Assembly: GCF_002243425.1 (NCBI RefSeq)
Contig: NZ_CP021172.1
Coordinates: forward strand, 90,001 to 122,000
Direction of reading: 5' to 3'
Source of the DNA: Candidatus Saccharimonadota bacterium
GTDB taxonomy: Bacteria > Bacteroidota > Bacteroidia > Flavobacteriales > Blattabacteriaceae
Length of the DNA stretch: 32,000 nt
The translations under genes were made by a program, and so were the position numbers. Position 1 is the first letter of the stretch. The number at the start of each line of letters is the position of its first letter. Below are positions 10,701 through 16,453 of this stretch, in pieces. The notes under the pieces are model-generated. The model worked only from the letters and a program-made list of their open reading frames with translations. It did no database searches and was not told the DNA's origin.

Positions 10701-10975
10701 AAAATGGAACTTATAATTTTTTTATTGAGAATAATATTCTTTGTAAGAAGATTTCTGATACTAATCTAATTGATAATTTAAAAAAAATAGATCTTATTAT
10801 TAATATAACCTATAAAAATAATAAAAATGATTATTTAATTAGACGTGCAGCTATAGATTTTAATATTCCTTTATTAACTAATATTTGCTTAGCAAAAGTA
10901 TTTATAATTTCGTTTTGTGAAATTAAATCATTTAAAAGAATTCCGATATTACCCTGGAATAGTTATAAACAATGA
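7784..10975 (+). CDS. carB: Carbamoyl-phosphate synthase large subunit
   Basis: 1063 aa with duplicated ATP-grasp halves ([21 protein letters not shown] and [39 protein letters not shown] and [13 protein letters not shown]). MGS-like C-terminal domain. ATGA overlap with carA. Confidence 0.95.
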   Translation: [1063 protein letters not shown]

Positions 10976-11928
10976 AACAATTTATTAGTGTAAAGGATGT
11001 AAAAGATGTTAAAAAGCTTATCTATAAAGCTATAGAATTAAAAAAAAATACTTTTCTTTCAAAAACAATTGGTAATAATAAAACTATTGGATTAGTGTTT
11101 TTTAATCCTAGTTTAAGAACACGTTTAAGTAGTCAAAAAGCGGCTTTTAATATAGGTTGTAATACTTGGATATTAAATATAAATTCCGATTCTTGGAAAA
11201 TAGAAACATCTGATGGTTCAGTTATGAATTCTACACATACACAAGAACATATTAAAGAAGCTATAGGTGTAATGAGTTTATATTGTGATATCTTAGCTGT
11301 AAGAACATTTCCAGGTCTTATTGATAGAGAATATGATTATAAAGAAATTTTACTAAAAAAAATAATAAACTATTCAAAAGTACCAGTAGTTAATCTTGAA
11401 AGTGCAACTTTACATCCTTTACAATCATTAGCAGATTTAATTACAATTGAAGAATTTAATAAAATAAAAAAAAAACTAAAAATAGTTTTAAGTTGGGCCC
11501 CTCATATAAAAGCATTGCCTCAATCAGTTCCAAATTCGTTTATAGAATGGGTAAAACAACTTAAAAATATAAAATTATATATTACTAATCCAGATGGATA
11601 TAATTTGAATAGTAATTTTACAAATGGAATAAAATTTATTAAAAATCAAAATGAAGCTTTTAAAAATGCTGATTTTATATATGCCAAAAATTGGAGTAGT
11701 TATGATAATTATGGTAAAATTCTTTGTAAGGATTTATCTTGGACTATTACAAATAAAAAAATGAAATTATCGAATAATGCTAAATTTATGCATTGTTTAC
11801 CAGTAAGAAGAAATTTAGTAGTAGAAGATTCTGTTTTAGATGATAAAAATTCTATTGTTTTAAATCAAGCAGAAAATAGAATTTTTGCTACACAAACCGT
11901 CTTTCTAGAAATATTAGAAAATATATGA
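10972..11928 (+). CDS. argF': N-acyl-L-ornithine transcarbamylase (AOTCase/SOTCase family, argF' type), not a canonical OTCase
   Basis: Carbamoyl-phosphate motif FFNPSLRTRLS, plus HPLQSLADL and HCLPVRRN. The canonical ornithine-binding DxxxSMG loop is absent and FIYAKNW stands in its place, as in the acetyl/succinyl-ornithine transcarbamylase family described by Shi et al. 318 aa. ATGA overlap with carB. Confidence 0.85.
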   Translation: MKQFISVKDVKDVKKLIYKAIELKKNTFLSKTIGNNKTIGLVFFNPSLRTRLSSQKAAFNIGCNTWILNINSDSWKIETSDGSVMNSTHTQEHIKEAIGVMSLYCDILAVRTFPGLIDREYDYKEILLKKIINYSKVPVVNLESATLHPLQSLADLITIEEFNKIKKKLKIVLSWAPHIKALPQSVPNSFIEWVKQLKNIKLYITNPDGYNLNSNFTNGIKFIKNQNEAFKNADFIYAKNWSSYDNYGKILCKDLSWTITNKKMKLSNNAKFMHCLPVRRNLVVEDSVLDDKNSIVLNQAENRIFATQTVFLEILENI

Positions 11929-12701
11929 TTAATGTCGTTAAAATTGGGGGGGATATTATAGAGGATAAAAAAATATTAATTTATTCTTTAAAAGAATTTT
12001 CTAAATTAGATGGATATAAAATCCTAGTTCATGGAGGAGGAAAAATAGCTGATGGTTTTTCTAAAAAAATGGGATATCATCAGAAAATGATAAATGGTAG
12101 ACGTATTACAGATAAAACTACATTAGATATAGTAGTAATGACATATTCTGGGATTATAAATAAAAAAATAGTATCAAACTTACAAAGTTTAGGATTAAAT
12201 TCTCTAGGATTTTCTGGAGCTGATGGAAATATAGTTAAATCATATAAACGTCCTCTTAAAGATATAGATTATGGATATGTTGGTAATTTAAAAAACAAAA
12301 ATTGCATTAATGCTGATTTAATCAAATTTTTGTTTAAAATTGGTATAATTCCTGTTTTATCTCCTATTACTCATGATGGAAATGGAAATCTATTAAATAC
12401 AAATGCAGATACTATAGCTTCTTATTTATCTATTTCTTTATCAAAAGATTATAAAGTAATTTTAACATATTGTTTTAATAAAATTGGTATATTAAATAAT
12501 TTAAATGATGAAAAATCATATTATTCTAATATAGAAGAAAATTTATTTAATAAATTAAAAATTAATAATATTATTAATAAAGGAATGATTCCAAAATTAG
12601 AAAATGCTTTTTTTGCATTAAAAAATGGAGTATATAAAGTAAAAATATCTAATCCTAATTATTTAAATAAATATACAAAAAAAACTATTTTATGTCTGTA
12701 G
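11925..12701 (+). CDS. argB: N-acylglutamate kinase
   Basis: Amino-acid kinase fold motifs VVKIGGDII, LVHGGGK and NTNADT. 258 aa. ATGA overlap with argF'. Confidence 0.9.
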   Translation: MINVVKIGGDIIEDKKILIYSLKEFSKLDGYKILVHGGGKIADGFSKKMGYHQKMINGRRITDKTTLDIVVMTYSGIINKKIVSNLQSLGLNSLGFSGADGNIVKSYKRPLKDIDYGYVGNLKNKNCINADLIKFLFKIGIIPVLSPITHDGNGNLLNTNADTIASYLSISLSKDYKVILTYCFNKIGILNNLNDEKSYYSNIEENLFNKLKINNIINKGMIPKLENAFFALKNGVYKVKISNPNYLNKYTKKTILCL

Positions 12702-13759
12702 TAGATTTAAAAAATCTAAAAAAAGAATGTATTAAGTTATTAAAAAAACTTATTTCCACCCCTTCTCTCTCAAAAGAAGAACACAAAACTGCAGATATTA
12801 TAGAATCTTTTTTAAGAAAAAAAAAATTAAATCCAAAAAGAAAAGATAATAATATCTGGATTGAAAATCATAATTATGATAATGATAATTATACAATCCT
12901 ATTAAATTCTCATCATGATACCATTAAACCATCTAATGGTTGGGAGACAGATCCATTTCTAGCTAAAGAATATGTAAATCAAATTATTGGATTAGGAAGT
13001 AATGATGCAGGAGGTTCTGTTGTTTCATTGATTGCCACTTTTATTTATATTAATAGTTTACCTAAATCTAAATATAAACTTATACTTATTATAAGTGCTG
13101 AAGAAGAAATTCGTGCCACAAGAGGAGTAGAAAGTATATTCTGTTATTTAGGTAAAATCAATTTAGGTATTATAGGAGAACCTACAAATATGCATATGGC
13201 AATAGCTGAAAAAGGATTAATTGTTTTAGATTGTTTATCTATTGGAAAAACTGGTCATGCTGCAAGATTTGAAGGTATAAACGCTTTATATCTTGCAATA
13301 GATGACATAATCTGGTTAAAAAATTATGTTTTTAAAAACAAATCATCCTTATTAGGAAATATAAAATTAACAGTAACAAAAATCCAATGTGGGATACAGA
13401 GAAATGTTATACCAGATACTTGTTATTTTACTGTAGATATTAGAACTAATGAAATATATTCTCATGAATATATTATAAATAAAATAAAAAAAAATATAAA
13501 GTCTAAAATAATATCAAGTTCATATAGACTTAAATCATCTTATATAGATCCTAATCATAATATTGTAAAAACAGCTAAAAATCTTAATATCAAAAGATTT
13601 GGATCCCCTACTTTATCTGATCAAAGTGTAATGAATTTTCCTACAGTAAAACTAGGAGTAGGGGATAGTTCTCGGTCTCATACTCCTAATGAGTATATAC
13701 TTATATCAGAAATAGAAGATGGAATTGATTTATATATAAATCTTTTACTTAATTTTTAA
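12692..13759 (+). CDS. argE: M20-family deacylase (acyl-ornithine/acyl-citrulline deacylase, ArgE-like)
   Basis: M20 peptidase signatures LLNSHHDTI, GSNDAGGS, SAEEE and GEPT. It sits in the last position of the arg chain and overlaps argB by 10 nt. Confidence 0.8.
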   Translation: MSVVDLKNLKKECIKLLKKLISTPSLSKEEHKTADIIESFLRKKKLNPKRKDNNIWIENHNYDNDNYTILLNSHHDTIKPSNGWETDPFLAKEYVNQIIGLGSNDAGGSVVSLIATFIYINSLPKSKYKLILIISAEEEIRATRGVESIFCYLGKINLGIIGEPTNMHMAIAEKGLIVLDCLSIGKTGHAARFEGINALYLAIDDIIWLKNYVFKNKSSLLGNIKLTVTKIQCGIQRNVIPDTCYFTVDIRTNEIYSHEYIINKIKKNIKSKIISSSYRLKSSYIDPNHNIVKTAKNLNIKRFGSPTLSDQSVMNFPTVKLGVGDSSRSHTPNEYILISEIEDGIDLYINLLLNF

Positions 13760-13763
13760 GTAA

Positions 13764-13837
13764 GGTCTGGTAGTTCAGATGGTTAGAATACGTGTTTGTC
13801 ACGCACGAGGTCATGGGTTCGAATCCCGTCCAGATCG
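13764..13837 (+). tRNA. tRNA-Asp (anticodon GUC)
   Basis: Hand-folded 74-nt cloverleaf. Acceptor ggtctgg/ccagatc (one G-U), D stem gttc/gaat, anticodon stem cgtgt/gcacg with loop ttGTCac, T arm atggg-ttcgaat-cccgt, discriminator g. No encoded CCA. A GC-rich island starting 4 nt after the argE stop. Confidence 0.93.
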
Positions 13838-13853
13838 CAGACAGGCATTAGAG

Positions 13854-13927
13854 TGACCTGGCTGGGTCTCGAACCCAGGACCCTTACATTAAAAGTGTAA
13901 TGCTCTACCAAACTGAGCTACCAAGTC
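13854..13927 (-). tRNA. tRNA-Lys (anticodon UUU)
   Basis: The reverse complement folds as gacttgg-ta-gctc-agtttggta-gagc-a-ttaca-ctTTTaa-tgtaa-gggtc-ctggg-ttcgaga-cccag-ccaggtc-a (74 nt). No encoded CCA. Convergent with tRNA-Asp across a 16-nt spacer. Confidence 0.93.
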
Positions 13928-13983
13928 ATTATTTAATATATAAATATACTATCATTTTTTTTTTATTACAAATAAAATATATT

Positions 13984-14493
13984 TTGAAAATTATCCTAAT
14001 AGGATATATGGGGTCTGGAAAGACAACTATAGGTAAAAAATTGGCTAATAATTTAAATCATAAATTTTATGATTTAGATAAAAATATTATAAAATATACT
14101 AAAAAAAGTATCTCTGAGCTATTTGAAATAGATGGTGAAAAAAAATTCAGAAAATTAGAATTTAATATTTTAAATTTGTTTTTAAAAAACAAAAAATCCT
14201 ATATTTTATCAGTAGGGGGAGGTACTCCTTGTTATAAACATAACATGTTTTTAATGAAAACAAATTCCAAAATCATTTATTTAAATGCTGAAATCAAAAC
14301 ATTATTTACCCGTCTTTTAAAGCAAAAAGAAAATAGACCTTTAATATCAAAATTATCTAATAATGATTTATATCATTTTATTTGTGATTCTTTGAGTAAA
14401 AGATTTTTTTTTTATAAAAAAGCTGATTCTACAATCTATATAGAGAATAAATCATTTTTAGATATAGTAAAAGAAATAAAAAATATAATATAA
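13984..14493 (+). CDS. aroK: Shikimate kinase
   Basis: P-loop LIGYMGSGKTTIGK, with LSVGGG and RPL motifs downstream. The ORF-track start at 13900 lies inside the opposite-strand tRNA-Lys and adds 28 non-homologous residues. The first plausible in-frame start upstream of the beta1 strand is TTG 13984, giving (M)KIILIGYMGSGKTT. ATT 13981 is a near-cognate alternative. ATG 14008 would delete beta1. The start coordinate is uncertain. Confidence 0.8.
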   Translation: MKIILIGYMGSGKTTIGKKLANNLNHKFYDLDKNIIKYTKKSISELFEIDGEKKFRKLEFNILNLFLKNKKSYILSVGGGTPCYKHNMFLMKTNSKIIYLNAEIKTLFTRLLKQKENRPLISKLSNNDLYHFICDSLSKRFFFYKKADSTIYIENKSFLDIVKEIKNII

Positions 14494-14500
14494 TTTTTAT

Positions 14501-15544
14501 ATGTTTTATAAACAACATTTTTTAAAAATTATAAATCAAAAATTTTATTTAAAAAATAAAAAAATATATGTATCAGTTAGTTCTGGATTAGATAGTATGG
14601 TTCTTTTAGATGTTCTTATTAAAATTTGTAATTTTACAATTTGTGTAATACATTGTAATTTTAACCTAAGAGGTCAGGATTCTGATAAAGATGAATTGTT
14701 TATACAAGAATTTTGTTTAAAACACAAAATTTTGTTTAAATCTAAAAATTTTAATCCAATTAAAAGGAATTTTTCAATTCAAATGATGGCTAGAAAATTG
14801 AGATATGATTGGTTTAAATATTTATTAAATAATTCATATTGTGATTATATAGCTTTAGGGCATCATTTAGATGATTCAATAGAAACTTTTTTTATTAATC
14901 TTATTAGAGGTACGGGGATAAAAGGATTAATAGGAATTAATAATTTTAAAAAAAAAATGATTAGACCTTTATCTTTTTTTTCTAAAAAAGAAATAAGATT
15001 ATATGCGCAAGAAAATAATATTAAATGGCGTGAAGATAATAGTAATTATGATCATAAATATTTAAGAAATAGAATTAGATTTTTTTTAAAACCAATTTTA
15101 GATTATAAATTTTATAATGGTTTTCAAAAATCTATAAAATATTTATATTATGAATATGTATGTTCTAAAACACATATCGATTATATTTATAATTCAATTA
15201 CAATTGAAAAAAAAAAATACCCATTTTTATTTAAAATAGATATAAAAAAATTATTAATTTTATATCCAATAAATACATATTTATTTAAAATATTTAATAT
15301 CTATGGATTTAGTAATCCTAAAGATTTAAAAAAAATTTTCAATTCTCAATCAGGAAAAAAAATGTTTTCAAAAACCTATTGTCTTCTTAAAGAGAGAACT
15401 ACTTTAGTTGTAGTAGAATTAGAATATAATAATTTTTTTTTAAAAAAAAAATATTATATACATAATATAGATACTATCAAAATTCCTTTTTTTATATATT
15501 TTTTTCTTTCAGAAAGAAAAAAAAAGAATCATCTACAAATTTAG
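14501..15544 (+). CDS. tilS: tRNA(Ile)-lysidine synthetase, C-terminally truncated relative to the long form
   Basis: PP-loop motif VSVSSGLDSMVLL, then GHHLDDSIETFFINLIRGTG and REDNSN. The ORF ends at TAG 15542-15544, but recognisable C-terminal domain sequence continues out of frame (see the next feature). Confidence 0.88.
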   Translation: MFYKQHFLKIINQKFYLKNKKIYVSVSSGLDSMVLLDVLIKICNFTICVIHCNFNLRGQDSDKDELFIQEFCLKHKILFKSKNFNPIKRNFSIQMMARKLRYDWFKYLLNNSYCDYIALGHHLDDSIETFFINLIRGTGIKGLIGINNFKKKMIRPLSFFSKKEIRLYAQENNIKWREDNSNYDHKYLRNRIRFFLKPILDYKFYNGFQKSIKYLYYEYVCSKTHIDYIYNSITIEKKKYPFLFKIDIKKLLILYPINTYLFKIFNIYGFSNPKDLKKIFNSQSGKKMFSKTYCLLKERTTLVVVELEYNNFFLKKKYYIHNIDTIKIPFFIYFFLSERKKKNHLQI

Positions 15545-15708
15545 ATTTTTACAAATTTCTTTTTCCGTTACAATTAAGAAATTGTAAAAAAGGTATGAAA
15601 GGTCATAAAAAATTATGTCAATATTTTAAATAGAAAAAAATTTCTATACTTATTAATGGTGATCAAAAAATGATATTGATTATATCTGAACGTGTACCTA
15701 TTTTATAA
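15526..15708 (+). pseudogene. tilS: Decayed TilS C-terminal domain remnant (frameshifted, with an internal TAG)
   Basis: The frame starting at 15526 reads ESSTNLDFYKFLFPLQLRNCKKGMKGHKKLCQYFK, then TAG (15631-15633), then KKISILINGDQKMILIISERVPIL, then TAA (15706-15708). The pattern FPLxLR...GMxGxKKL...FKxxKxS matches my recollection of the TilS C-terminal domain. One extra A in the A9 tract 15517-15525 would join it in frame to tilS. Confidence 0.65.
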
Positions 15709-16453
15709 TAGATTTTATAAATTTTTCTATACTTTTTTCTAAATAAGACTTTTTAATAGCTTTTATAAAAGCACTTCCAATAATTGCTCCTTCAGCATAT
15801 TTAAATGCTATATTTAATGATTTTTTATCACATATTCCAAATCCAATAAGTTTAGGAACATTTATTTCTTTTATTCTTTCTAGAAATGAAAAATTTATCT
15901 TATTTTTAGTACCTGTAGTAGAATTAGATGAAACTATATATAAAAAATAATCAGTAATACTACTTAACATTTTAATACGTTTTAAAGATGTTTGAGGAGT
16001 AATTAAAACTATAAATGCTAATTTATATTTTTTAAATATTTTTTTATATTTATTTAGGTAAATACTTGGAGGTAAGTCTGGTAAAATTAATCCAGATACA
16101 CCAGATTCTATACAATCTTCTAAAAATTTTATTTCGCCATATTTTATAAATTGATTATAATATCCCATTAAAATTATTGGAATATTTATATATTTTTTTA
16201 CTTTTTTAAGTTTATAAAATAAAACGGATATATTCATACCATTTTTTAAAGATTTTGTATTACTTTTTTGTATTATATTTCCATCTGCTAATGGATCAGA
16301 ATATGGTATTCCAATTTCTACTATATCTATATTTAGATTCTGTAATATTTTTAATATAAGTGGCATACTATCTATAGATGGATAGCCAGCAGTGAAATAT
16401 ATATTTAATATATTTTTTTTTTTATTTATAAATAATCTTTTTATTTTATTCAT
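15698..16453 (-). CDS. trpA: Tryptophan synthase alpha subunit
   Basis: Motifs ILNIYFTAGYPS, DIVEIGIPYSDPLADGNIIQ and GFGI. 251 aa. One-nt TAATG overlap with the upstream trpF::trpB. Confidence 0.92.
   Translation of the reverse strand: MNKIKRLFINKKKNILNIYFTAGYPSIDSMPLILKILQNLNIDIVEIGIPYSDPLADGNIIQKSNTKSLKNGMNISVLFYKLKKVKKYINIPIILMGYYNQFIKYGEIKFLEDCIESGVSGLILPDLPPSIYLNKYKKIFKKYKLAFIVLITPQTSLKRIKMLSSITDYFLYIVSSNSTTGTKNKINFSFLERIKEINVPKLIGFGICDKKSLNIAFKYAEGAIIGSAFIKAIKKSYLEKSIEKFIKSIIK

Noticed and set aside
13900-13983. ORF-track 5' extension of aroK (MLYQTELPSHYLIYKYTIIFFLLQIKYI)
   Set aside because: The extension begins inside the opposite-strand tRNA-Lys and has no shikimate-kinase homology. 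It is replaced by a TTG 13984 start (see the aroK finding).
15545-15697. The tilS-trpA gap considered as a regulatory region, a small-protein locus (for example MKGHKKLCQYFK) or an ncRNA
   Set aside because: The translated sequence is better explained as remnants of the TilS C-terminal domain in a shifted frame. There is no GC-rich or obviously structured segment like the tRNAs.
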